A stretch of DNA of 64,000 nt from assembly GCA_049438185.1 (NCBI GenBank), contig JBMTJI010000005.1, forward strand, positions 2,316 to 66,315. Direction: 5' to 3'. Below the pieces are notes generated by a model. It ran no database searches, was not told where the DNA came from, and saw only the letters and a program-made list of their open reading frames with translations. This stretch comes from Candidatus Poseidoniaceae archaeon (GTDB lineage: Archaea; Thermoplasmatota; Poseidoniia; Poseidoniales; Poseidoniaceae). Position 1 is the first letter of the stretch. Every line of letters starts with the position of its first letter. Of the stretch, positions 48,754 through 57,904 are shown in pieces. Position numbers and translations under genes: made by a program.

Positions 48754-51522
48754 ATGGAGAACCCATTCAATGCCTTAACTTCAGTATCTGTCACCCGCCC
48801 CAAGGCAACCATTGCATCGATCTTGGTCATTACAATCGCTCTTTCATCAATGGCTCAATTCATCGATTTCGATAACAGCGAAGATGCATTTTATCCTCAA
48901 AACGATACGACGGAACTTCTGTATGAAATTGAGGAGCGTTACCAAGCTTCGTTGGATTTCATACGCATCATCGACGAAATTGAACAAGGGGACATGCAAG
49001 ATTCAGCAGCATGGGTACAATTTGCGGCTATTGAGGCCGACCTTTCCACGAGCGAATACTTTCTCCAGTATCAAGAACCACTCTTTGGTGGAAGCGCAAC
49101 CAGTGGCCCCGCAGGTTCCGCTTTGTTTTGGCTCAACACACAAGATCCAGTTACAACACAGCCTTGGAGAGATACACTTTCTCAACACCTTGCGAATGTC
49201 ACCGTAGTGAGCGAAGAGAATTTCACGTTTGCACTCAGCGATTTGCAAGGAGCCATTGGTGCCATTCCGGCGCCTGTTGCTCCCTCGCCCCAAGCATTGC
49301 GTGATTGGAATCCAGGCATGGTCACCGAATGGCAGCAACGAATGGATTCAAATCTCAACATCAGCGAGGAACTTGGTGCAATGCTTGGTCAGATACAGGC
49401 ACTTCAACAAAGTCGCACAAATCCTGCCGAGATTGGCGCTATTGCAGCAACTACAGGTCCATTGCAAGGCGTCCTTGGAACATACATCGGATTGCAGAAC
49501 ATCGATCATCGCGGGAATATTATCGCTACTATGCCTGCTGAAGACAAACAAGATCCTTGGGCGAGTGATGGCCCTATTCTCATCAGTTTGGTTGTTTCAA
49601 CCGACCCAACCAATTACGAACAGGCGGAAATCATTGGTGACGTTCAAGAGCGCATTGTGGAATGGACGGAAGCGAGCCTTCCAGAGTTAAGAAATGCAAC
49701 AGGTGATGACGAGTTACGCGTCTTCTCATTCTCGGCATTCCAATACGAACAAAGTGCAAACATTGGCAAGGAAATAGGTATCCTTACCTCATTGGCTTTG
49801 GTCTTTCTCACCGTTCTTTTGTACATCAAATTCCGTTCTGTTCGAGATACTGCTTACGTGATTGGCTTGACAATCCTCGCCATTGCAGCAACCTATGGAG
49901 CAGCTGGCATTTTCAGATTGACCTTTAATGCTGCAATGAACAGTATTCCAATTCTCCTCTTGGCGATTGGTGTTGACTACGGCATCCACGTCGTGACAAG
50001 GATACGAGAAGTGATGCAAGAGATGGAACGCGAGAATCCCCAAGGACGAGTGACACTGAAGGATTTTGATCATGAATTACGCATCAAAGCAATCCGTTCA
50101 GGCGCGGTTTTGACTTCAGCAGCCTTGGTAATCGCTATTTTCACAGATATGGTCGGTTTCCTTTCGTTCAGACTCTCTTCACAGATGTTCCTTGTCAACT
50201 TTGGAACTGTAATCGCCCTTGGACTCTTTGCCATCTATGTGTTGAGTATTTCACTCCTACCCGCGCTGATGACAGCCCTACCGTCGAAGGCTTTACCGCT
50301 TCACAAATCGGGTGCGATGAACGAGACGAAACTAACCGTAGGAATCGGAAAAATGGCGGAACATCAGGCTTCAATCGTTTTGCTTGCAGCACTCATTTTG
50401 TCCATGCCAATGGCCTATGGGATGAGTACACTTGAGGTCGGTTTTGATACTGCAGATCAATTTGATGATTCGCTGGAAGTTGTTCAAGATTTCCTCATGA
50501 TTGCTGAAGAATTCCAAAGCAGTCCAACACCTTTGTATGTTGTTCTTGAGGGGGACATCCTTTCTGAACAAGGGATTGAAGCCTACAATACTGCGATAGC
50601 AACATTGAGCAGTACAGAAGGCGTCACAGGTGTTCCAACTGGACTTTGGGATACATTGGAATCCGAACGTGGACGAAATCCAACATTGGATGGTCTGCTC
50701 GAAAATCTGACGACGGCAAATGGATTCGTTGAACTTGAAACGTACCTCCTTGAAAACGCCACTGGAAGAGATTTGGTTGACTCGTTGTTGTACACAGATG
50801 GACGTCAAACCATCATTTCATTCCAAGCCAACACCCTTGATTGGCAAGCAACTGTTGATTTTGAGGAAGCGCTCTCTGCATCGTTGCAAGATGCTTCGAT
50901 GACCAATGAGGGCGATTATACCATGGAACTGAGTGGCCGCGCACTCATTCTTGCACAGATTAGTGCAGATGTTGCTATTTCCGCCATCACTTCCACAGCC
51001 ATCGTCGCCTTCACGATTCTGTTCGTGTTGATTTTGATTCAATTCGTACGAACACAAAGTGTGACACAAGCAGTTCTCCGAGGTGGCGTCATCTGGATTC
51101 CTCTGATCACGGTCGTTTTGTGGGTTTACGGTATCATGGGACTTGCCGGATATCAGCTGAATTCACAGACCGTAACCATCGGCGCTCTCGCATTGGGGTT
51201 AGGCGTTGATTATGCAGTGCATTATGTCATTCGCTTAGAGGAGGAAGTCGAACTTCATCCAGAGAAAACTGTGGCTGAATGGACCTCAAAAACAACCGCC
51301 ACAACGGGGCGTGCAATGCTTGGTGCTGCGATCAGTACGGCTGGTGGTTTCGCTATTCTCAACTTCTCTGGATTGTTGCCATTGCGATTGTTCGGCCAGG
51401 TGTTCATCGTCGCCATTAGCCTTGCAATGGTCTCGAGTGTAACACTCCTACCAACCTTGTACGGGCCATTCCTGCGTCGCGATGCAAAACAACATCTTCC
51501 GGATGGGTATGAGCAAGAGTAA
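48754..51522 (+). CDS. RND-superfamily exporter (MMPL/SecDF-like, two 6-TM bundles with two large extracytoplasmic domains)
   Basis: 922 aa. Two hydrophobic blocks are each preceded by a large soluble domain, with the GxxxDYGxH-like motif (GVDYGIHV / GVDYAVHY) in both halves. Confidence 0.75.
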   Translation: MENPFNALTSVSVTRPKATIASILVITIALSSMAQFIDFDNSEDAFYPQNDTTELLYEIEERYQASLDFIRIIDEIEQGDMQDSAAWVQFAAIEADLSTSEYFLQYQEPLFGGSATSGPAGSALFWLNTQDPVTTQPWRDTLSQHLANVTVVSEENFTFALSDLQGAIGAIPAPVAPSPQALRDWNPGMVTEWQQRMDSNLNISEELGAMLGQIQALQQSRTNPAEIGAIAATTGPLQGVLGTYIGLQNIDHRGNIIATMPAEDKQDPWASDGPILISLVVSTDPTNYEQAEIIGDVQERIVEWTEASLPELRNATGDDELRVFSFSAFQYEQSANIGKEIGILTSLALVFLTVLLYIKFRSVRDTAYVIGLTILAIAATYGAAGIFRLTFNAAMNSIPILLLAIGVDYGIHVVTRIREVMQEMERENPQGRVTLKDFDHELRIKAIRSGAVLTSAALVIAIFTDMVGFLSFRLSSQMFLVNFGTVIALGLFAIYVLSISLLPALMTALPSKALPLHKSGAMNETKLTVGIGKMAEHQASIVLLAALILSMPMAYGMSTLEVGFDTADQFDDSLEVVQDFLMIAEEFQSSPTPLYVVLEGDILSEQGIEAYNTAIATLSSTEGVTGVPTGLWDTLESERGRNPTLDGLLENLTTANGFVELETYLLENATGRDLVDSLLYTDGRQTIISFQANTLDWQATVDFEEALSASLQDASMTNEGDYTMELSGRALILAQISADVAISAITSTAIVAFTILFVLILIQFVRTQSVTQAVLRGGVIWIPLITVVLWVYGIMGLAGYQLNSQTVTIGALALGLGVDYAVHYVIRLEEEVELHPEKTVAEWTSKTTATTGRAMLGAAISTAGGFAILNFSGLLPLRLFGQVFIVAISLAMVSSVTLLPTLYGPFLRRDAKQHLPDGYEQE

Positions 51523-52713
51523 TCATAAGACTGGACGTTTGGTTTTTCCAGATCCTCGATGTCCGATCATGCGTACCATTTCCCAAGGCATACTGCCTCG
51601 TTGTTGCTCGGCAGAAATGAGTTCATCAACGGATTTGGACCAATTCCACTTCTTTCTCCAATAACCGAGAAGTTCTCGTTTACGAGAAGCATCGCATTCT
51701 ATCCATGGAACAACATCGCTTTCCAAGGATTTGAGAAGATCAAGGTGATTTTCCTTGGTAGCCAGGTTCAATTCCTGTTGTTGCGATTCATCCAACGGAG
51801 TCGTTGCCGGTCGAGTCCAACGAGCATGCCCACTCGGCAACCAGGTCGTATCTGGGTCACTCGAATCCGTCAATGCAGAAAGACCAGCATTGAGAACTGA
51901 ATGTTCAATCAAGAGACTGACTGGCCAAAGATACACTGGAAAGCCTTGTTGAATAGCCGTTAATCGCTTCAGTTGATTTCCTTTTAGACCAACTGTTCGA
52001 CCCACTGGAATCAAGTTCGTTGGATTCAAAACGTACTCGACAGCACAAGGCATCATTGGCGAACCGTTTCGCTGGTGCTTACGCATTAATTTTGAAAACG
52101 AAGTGCTGACAAACTCAGGGAAGGCGAGGAGACGGTGCGTTTTCTTTCCCGCAAACGGTCGGATTGTTGGCAACAATGTTGACCAATCACGTTGGAGACC
52201 GCCTACCTTTGCAGTGTTTTTCATGGTTTTATGGAAGGCATAATGCACTGTTGAATGCTTAGGAATGTCGTATTGATCGAGAAGGTTTTCTGCTAATTTC
52301 ATCGTCTTGCCCATGTGCGCGTCGTGTTTTTTTGTCGCAAACCAACCACCACTCTTCTTCACCTTGAGACTTGGTCGTTTTGTTTCAATCACCAACACCT
52401 TGCCTTCTTGTTGAATCGAACGTTGGATTGAAGCGTTTTCGAGCAACGATTCAAAGGAACAAAATCCGAGCTCGAGTAAATCATCCAAATCCCAATTTTC
52501 GACGAATGGAGAACTGTTCTTCCGTCGCGTTGGATCAACGGATACGGTGCGATCATGATGAATTACAAGCTGATCGTCCTTGGTCAAACGAATGTCAAAT
52601 TCAATCCCATCGAACAAGCTCATCGCGTGAACAAGGCTTTCGAGCGTGTTCTCTGGAGCCTGTTGATACATCGCCTTCAAGCCATCCAAATCATTGTAGT
52701 TCTTGAAGTCCAT
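51523..52713 (-). CDS. Glycerophosphodiester phosphodiesterase (GDPD)-like protein with apparent circular permutation
   Basis: N-terminal APENTLESLVHAMSLFDGIEFDIRLTKDDQLVIHHD carries GDPD motifs but lacks the leading HRG. The extreme C-terminus ends MVRMIGHRGSGKT. Track start 52737 is TTG. ATG at 52713 is preferred. A stop lies immediately upstream in frame. Confidence 0.6.
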   Translation of the reverse strand: MDFKNYNDLDGLKAMYQQAPENTLESLVHAMSLFDGIEFDIRLTKDDQLVIHHDRTVSVDPTRRKNSSPFVENWDLDDLLELGFCSFESLLENASIQRSIQQEGKVLVIETKRPSLKVKKSGGWFATKKHDAHMGKTMKLAENLLDQYDIPKHSTVHYAFHKTMKNTAKVGGLQRDWSTLLPTIRPFAGKKTHRLLAFPEFVSTSFSKLMRKHQRNGSPMMPCAVEYVLNPTNLIPVGRTVGLKGNQLKRLTAIQQGFPVYLWPVSLLIEHSVLNAGLSALTDSSDPDTTWLPSGHARWTRPATTPLDESQQQELNLATKENHLDLLKSLESDVVPWIECDASRKRELLGYWRKKWNWSKSVDELISAEQQRGSMPWEMVRMIGHRGSGKTKRPVL

Positions 52714-52770
52714 GACAACGAAATTGTCATGAATCAAGAGGCTGCTGCCTCGTAGGCAGTAAACCTCTAT

Positions 52771-54252
52771 ATGGGCAATCTACGGAGAACGGCTATGAGT
52801 CCATGGACGGTCATGATGAGCATGATCTTGTTCTTGACTCCACTCATATGCTATCTTTTTTCTCTGCATGATAAGGATTCACGCATAAAATATGGAACAT
52901 GGTTCGAAACAATTCGGAAGCATCGTTACTATCTGCATGCGTTGGGATATGTGGTCATCATTCGATGGAAAAATCTCACGGATGGGCTAAATGAACCCAT
53001 CAAAGAACGTGTTGGTCATTGGACGGATGCTGTCCATGGGATTGAAGGGAATGTGGTTCTTTGGATTCAAAATGTCTTCTATAATGATGCACTTACTTCA
53101 TTTCTCAACTTCCATTACCTCTTCGTTTACCTCTTCCTCATCTATGTCACAACCGTCTATTATGCCTACATGGGCGACAGAGATATGACAGACAAAGTTA
53201 CGTTGAATTATCTTCTTATCTATGCCATTGCAGTCCCATATTATCTGTTCTTCAACGTTGAAGTTACATCATCCTGGATACCGGGGATGGATGCTTTGTT
53301 GTATCACGATGGATGGTATTCAACGTTCTATGCAACTCATGACCCACTTGACAATGCCGTACCCTCGCTGCACGTAGCCATTCCATTTGGAATACTGATG
53401 CTCAATTATCTTCATGTCAAGTCCAAAGGCCAGACCCTCAAGGAATGGCGTCACTATCGCTATCATACGTTCATTCTCATCAATACAATCATTTTCATTT
53501 TCGCTATTCTTTATCTCGGGATTCATTGGACCATCGACATACCTCTTGGAATGCTCGTCGGGGGAATCGGTGCTTTGTTCATCCACCATATACAGCCTCG
53601 GTTAAGGAACGACCATGGTTCTATGTTCAAAGGTGTGAATCGAGAGAAGGTTTGGAAACACGTTCTTGTTGAAGGAACCATTCTCTTGATTCTCTTTGCT
53701 GCAATCATGGGTGCCGTGAATCACCAAGATGCAACCAATGAGGAACAACCATCATTTCGCCTCGGACCAGGAGATACCGTTCAAGACATTCTTGCTGAAA
53801 TCGGCTCAGAAGATACGATTACCACAACAATTCGCAACATGGACGATTCTATCGTGCTTGAATATGCGATTATCACGGTCGAACTCGCCGAAGATGGATT
53901 CTCAGATTTTGGTATTGACTGGGAACGTATGCAGGCATTAGCCAACCAACATTGCGAACAACAAGTTACCTGTACAGCAACCCTTCTCCCCAATGAAAGC
54001 ATTGATCTCAACCTTCGATCACCAAACGTCTACACGTTTGTGTTCTTGCATCACACTGGTGACGAAGGTGTCCTCGAAGTCAAAGTCGAATCGACGTATA
54101 AACACGCAGAAAATTCCATGACAAACGCTGTAGCACTTTCGCTTCCGTCGCTTTACATCACTGGATTTGTTGTTTACAGATTGTATCGACTGAACAACAA
54201 TGGTCGCAAATGGTACGATTCACACCCATCCCATACTTGGGAAGAAGAGTGA
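52771..54252 (+). CDS. PAP2-superfamily-like polytopic membrane protein with about 200-aa C-terminal soluble domain
   Basis: Multi-TM N-terminal half with NAVPSLHVAIPFG (PAP2 C2/C3-like SxH motif). Confidence 0.45.
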   Translation: MGNLRRTAMSPWTVMMSMILFLTPLICYLFSLHDKDSRIKYGTWFETIRKHRYYLHALGYVVIIRWKNLTDGLNEPIKERVGHWTDAVHGIEGNVVLWIQNVFYNDALTSFLNFHYLFVYLFLIYVTTVYYAYMGDRDMTDKVTLNYLLIYAIAVPYYLFFNVEVTSSWIPGMDALLYHDGWYSTFYATHDPLDNAVPSLHVAIPFGILMLNYLHVKSKGQTLKEWRHYRYHTFILINTIIFIFAILYLGIHWTIDIPLGMLVGGIGALFIHHIQPRLRNDHGSMFKGVNREKVWKHVLVEGTILLILFAAIMGAVNHQDATNEEQPSFRLGPGDTVQDILAEIGSEDTITTTIRNMDDSIVLEYAIITVELAEDGFSDFGIDWERMQALANQHCEQQVTCTATLLPNESIDLNLRSPNVYTFVFLHHTGDEGVLEVKVESTYKHAENSMTNAVALSLPSLYITGFVVYRLYRLNNNGRKWYDSHPSHTWEEE

Positions 54253-54282
54253 GCATTCACTTATTGGGAACAAACGCTTGGC

Positions 54283-55101
54283 ATGACCATGGCGTCCTCT
54301 TCATCCTTGGAAGACGCTGTCACTGAATTGATGGATTCGCCCGGTGGTCAGCTCCTCAATTCAGTACGGGCTTATCTCCGTCGACGAGCAACAGCACTGA
54401 TTGGACTGTTCCTAACGGGATTGGTTCTTGGCTTTCCAATCGCCAAACGTATCGTGACGTGGTTGATTGAGGAGCAAAGGCTTCCAGATGATGTCAATGT
54501 CATTGTGACATCACCTGTTGAATTCCTTATGCTTCAAATTCAACTCTCTGCGAGTTTTGGTCTCTTCCTCGCATTGCTGTTGGTCATCACAGAAACAACC
54601 CTTCGAGGCGTACGTCATCCACTCGTTCTCGAACGATTCAACGAAGTGAACATTCGACCTCCAAAACCGAGTTTCTCATTTTTCATTGCCATTGGTTCAA
54701 GTCTTCTGTTAGCCATTTGTGGAATTCTATACGCTTGGGAATTGTTGACGCCGATGCTGTTTGAATATCTGAGCAACGATGCTCAACAAGCAGGACTCTC
54801 AACGCAATGGAAGTTAGGAGCCTATGTTGGATTTATCCTGAATCTCTGCATAGCAAGCGCCATCGGTTTCCAAGCACCTGTCTTGACGCTTCTCGCATTA
54901 CGCATTGGATTGGTTGAACCACCTACGTTGGCAGCCTATCGAAAGCATATCTGGTTTGCAGCTTTTGTCATGGGTGCAATCTTCTCGCCACCAGATCCAT
55001 TGTCGCTATTTCTCGTCTCATTACCTGTGATCCTTTTGTTTGAGATAGCATTGCTCGTTCATCGGATCATGCCGATGAAATCAACTTCGGCAAACTCTTG
55101 A
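54283..55101 (+). CDS. tatC: Twin-arginine translocase subunit TatC
   Basis: LNSVRAYLRRRATALIGLFLTGLVLGF start with six TM helices. Confidence 0.7.
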   Translation: MTMASSSSLEDAVTELMDSPGGQLLNSVRAYLRRRATALIGLFLTGLVLGFPIAKRIVTWLIEEQRLPDDVNVIVTSPVEFLMLQIQLSASFGLFLALLLVITETTLRGVRHPLVLERFNEVNIRPPKPSFSFFIAIGSSLLLAICGILYAWELLTPMLFEYLSNDAQQAGLSTQWKLGAYVGFILNLCIASAIGFQAPVLTLLALRIGLVEPPTLAAYRKHIWFAAFVMGAIFSPPDPLSLFLVSLPVILLFEIALLVHRIMPMKSTSANS

Positions 55102-55948
55102 CGATGACAGGCATATGTCCTGGCCGGTGACCACCTCTGAAGGAATGAAAATCAGACCCTACGGTTACGCCTAGATTGTATTGTTCTGCAAGTTTCCAAA
55201 TCCGATAACGTTCCTCATCGGATTGACTACGATGAAAAGCCTCAATCGCATCCACCTTCGATGCCTTGAGATGCTGAATCAACGTTTCATAATCCACACC
55301 GTAGTAGCGTGGGTGAGCCAATGAAGTGATACCCCCGGCGGCATGAACCAGTGCACTTGCTTCTGCAAGTGACGGCTTTGGTCGCTCAACATTGCAAGGA
55401 CGACCATCGCCCAACCATTTCTCAAAGGCTTCATCCATAGACTCAACACAACCAGCATCCACCATTGCCATCGCTAGGTGAGGACGCCCAACGCTCCCTT
55501 TGGCTCGAGAGAGGACATCGTCCGCTTCAATAGCCATCCCAAATGCATTGACCTTGTCGATCATCTCAAGCATACGAGGGACTCGGTCTTCATGCAAAGG
55601 GGAGAGCCATTCCTCGAATTTTTTCAATCCCTCTTCAATCGGTTCGTTTGGAAAATAGGCCAAGAGGTGCCATGAAGAGGGAGGTCGTTGACGTGCATTT
55701 GCTTTGAGGAGTTCATCATTCCATGGAAGTTCAACATCGCAGGTCAATTCAACACCAGGTATGAAAGTAATACCTCGTTGTGATGCCGCAATTCTCGCTT
55801 CATCCCAGCCTGCGATGGTATCGTGATCGGTGAGAGACCAAACGGTCACAGATTGTTCTGACATGGCATCTGCGAGTTCGTCGACCGAGAGTGATCCATC
55901 ACTGTGTGTCGTATGGCAATGCAAATCAAACGATGAACTCCACATCAT
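55067..55948 (-). CDS. PHP-domain metal-dependent phosphoesterase
   Basis: FDLHCHTTHSDGSLS N-terminus (HxH...SDG). Confidence 0.75.
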   Translation of the reverse strand: MMWSSSFDLHCHTTHSDGSLSVDELADAMSEQSVTVWSLTDHDTIAGWDEARIAASQRGITFIPGVELTCDVELPWNDELLKANARQRPPSSWHLLAYFPNEPIEEGLKKFEEWLSPLHEDRVPRMLEMIDKVNAFGMAIEADDVLSRAKGSVGRPHLAMAMVDAGCVESMDEAFEKWLGDGRPCNVERPKPSLAEASALVHAAGGITSLAHPRYYGVDYETLIQHLKASKVDAIEAFHRSQSDEERYRIWKLAEQYNLGVTVGSDFHSFRGGHRPGHMPVIVKSLPKLISSA

Positions 55949-55990
55949 GTCGACCTCCTCTCCAACTGTTTTGAACCTCTCTCTTTGATT

Positions 55991-56815
55991 TCAAAACAAG
56001 TCATCCAGATTCGGCATTTGAGGGACGTCTACAGACGTAGGCATATCGTCCAAAACTGGTATCTCTGGAAGAGGTTCAGGAATTTCATCATCCAACTCTG
56101 GCAGTTCAGGAAGAGGAATGTGAGCAGGACCGTCGGATACGAATTCTGTTGATGCATCTCGAAGGAACTCCATTGGCTCCTTTTGATTCTCTCTCCCAGG
56201 CAGTGGGATGAATGCTGGTCCATCCGTAACAAAATCTCGGTCTTGTACGGTAACCTCTTCTTTCTCCTTCGGTCGAAGTTCGGATTCAAATGTTCTCGAT
56301 TCGATGTCCGTGTTCCGTTCTGAAACAACTGAAGCGGCATAGGCTCCTAACGTTCCACTCGAAAGAAGTGCAGTCGCTGACTGGACTATTTGTGTATCGA
56401 CCGTTGTGGTTTCTCCTATGATTGAGGAAATAATATTCGAAGTGTTCTGTGTTACTGAAGCGGGTTGAACAGAACCAACACTCGTTGAAGTGGACTCAAA
56501 ATCCGCTATTTGTTCTTCAACAGAACGACGCACGGGGAGTTCTGGAATAGGGCGTTCTTGTCGACACCATACGACGATCAAGGCAAGACAAATAGTGATG
56601 ATAAGCCAAACCCATTCTTGTTGCCCCCATCCAGTTGGAGCCCAGTAATCCTTTTCTGTCCCTGAAAGAAATCCAGTAAACAGAGGTTTGAGAAGTACGC
56701 GCTGACCTTCTTGTCCAGGATATTTTCCAAGAAAAGCATTGCAAAGCAATGCAATGAACGACATTGTTGCAATCGTTGAAGCAAACGCAGCGGTTCGTGG
56801 CGCTCGTTGATCCAT
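55991..56815 (-). CDS. Hypothetical membrane protein with acidic C-terminal region
   Basis: Two N-terminal TM helices. ATG at 56815 lies 10 nt after the folD stop. The track start is GTG. Confidence 0.4.
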   Translation of the reverse strand: MDQRAPRTAAFASTIATMSFIALLCNAFLGKYPGQEGQRVLLKPLFTGFLSGTEKDYWAPTGWGQQEWVWLIITICLALIVVWCRQERPIPELPVRRSVEEQIADFESTSTSVGSVQPASVTQNTSNIISSIIGETTTVDTQIVQSATALLSSGTLGAYAASVVSERNTDIESRTFESELRPKEKEEVTVQDRDFVTDGPAFIPLPGRENQKEPMEFLRDASTEFVSDGPAHIPLPELPELDDEIPEPLPEIPVLDDMPTSVDVPQMPNLDDLF

Positions 56816-56825
56816 ATCCCTCACA

Positions 56826-57692
56826 TCATGAACTCAAGTATTCTGCTGCTGTGACTGTATTGGCCATCAGCATGGCAACCGTCATTGGACCAACGCCACC
56901 CGGAACGGGCGAAAGGAGGGATGCATGTGTTGCTGCATCAGGATGCACATCACCAGCAAGCCTCCAACCACGCTCACGGCTTGCATCATCGACTCGATTG
57001 ATGCCAACATCGACAACAACAGCCCCTTCCTTGACCCAATCTGATTGAACCATTTCAGGTCGACCCACTGCAGCAACGATGAGATCGGCTTGTTGACACT
57101 CGAATTTGGCATCCTTCGTTCGAGAATGAACAACAGTCACGGTTGCGTCAGCCCCACGAGCGGCAAGCAACAGTGCTTGAGGCATTCCAACGTTGAACGA
57201 GCGTCCGAGAACAACCGCTTTCTTTCCAGTCAAATCAACTTCAGCCCATCGCAGCATTTCCATCACGCCCGAGGGTGTACACGGCACCATACCATCGCTT
57301 CGTCCTTGAACCAGACGTCCAAGATTCACCGGGTGAAAACCGTCAACATCTTTTCGTGGATCGATTAATTCTGTAAGTGCTTCTTCATCCATATGTTGAG
57401 GAAGAGGTGATTGAATCAGGATACCATGCAAATCATTTTGCTCGTTCATGGAACGAATGTACTCTGCAACAATGGATTGATCCGTATCTTCAGGTAATTC
57501 GACATGTGTTGAGCGAATTCCGAGTCGCTCGCAGGAACGAATTTTGTTGTTGACGTAGACATGGGAAGCTGGATCATCCCCGACAATGATGACTGCGAGA
57601 TGTGGTTGAACAGGGCACGCTGCAATACGCTGCTTGAGACGCTGTTCCAAATCAGCAGCACATGCTTTCCCGTCGAGTCGAGCAGCGCTCAT
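56826..57692 (-). CDS. folD: Bifunctional 5,10-methylene-tetrahydrofolate dehydrogenase/cyclohydrolase FolD
   Basis: GRPEMV, VVDVGINRV and PVPGGVGPMTVAML motifs. ATG at 57692 (MSAARLDG) is preferred. The track ORF to 57797 would overlap the tRNA. Confidence 0.85.
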   Translation of the reverse strand: MSAARLDGKACAADLEQRLKQRIAACPVQPHLAVIIVGDDPASHVYVNNKIRSCERLGIRSTHVELPEDTDQSIVAEYIRSMNEQNDLHGILIQSPLPQHMDEEALTELIDPRKDVDGFHPVNLGRLVQGRSDGMVPCTPSGVMEMLRWAEVDLTGKKAVVLGRSFNVGMPQALLLAARGADATVTVVHSRTKDAKFECQQADLIVAAVGRPEMVQSDWVKEGAVVVDVGINRVDDASRERGWRLAGDVHPDAATHASLLSPVPGGVGPMTVAMLMANTVTAAEYLSS

Positions 57693-57742
57693 GACCCAAC
57701 CAAACGCTTCAACGGTTTGAGCATTCTTGTGTGAGGGTGTAG

Positions 57743-57819
57743 TGGAGCCAACGGAGGGACTCGAACCCCCGACCGTCTGATTACAAATCAGACGCACTAC
57801 CAGACTGTGCTACGTTGGC
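57743..57819 (-). tRNA. tRNA-Thr (anticodon UGU), 77 nt including encoded CCA
   Basis: Folded by hand as 7-bp acceptor GCCAACG/CGTTGGC, D-stem GCAC/GTGC, anticodon stem TCTGA/TCAGA, loop TTTGTAA, 5-nt variable loop, T-stem GGGGG/CCCTC with TTCGAGT loop, discriminator U then CCA. Confidence 0.85.
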
Positions 57820-57904
57820 CTTGAACCGTGGGTCGCGTCACCCCTTGATGAAGGAAACGGTTCAACCTCGGTAAGGTCAAGAGGGTAACCCGCTTGGAGG
57901 GGCT

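Noticed and set aside
52738-52770. Possible missing HRG exon or frameshift upstream of the GDPD-like gene
   Set aside because: All three upstream frames on the minus strand hit stops within about 15 codons and none encodes HRG. The permutation is therefore reported as a finding rather than dismissed, pending read-level confirmation.
57693-57797. 5' extension of folD ORF overlapping the tRNA-Thr gene
   Set aside because: The internal ATG at 57692 gives a normal 288-aa FolD. The extension would run through the tRNA and its peptide is Cys/Ser-rich junk.
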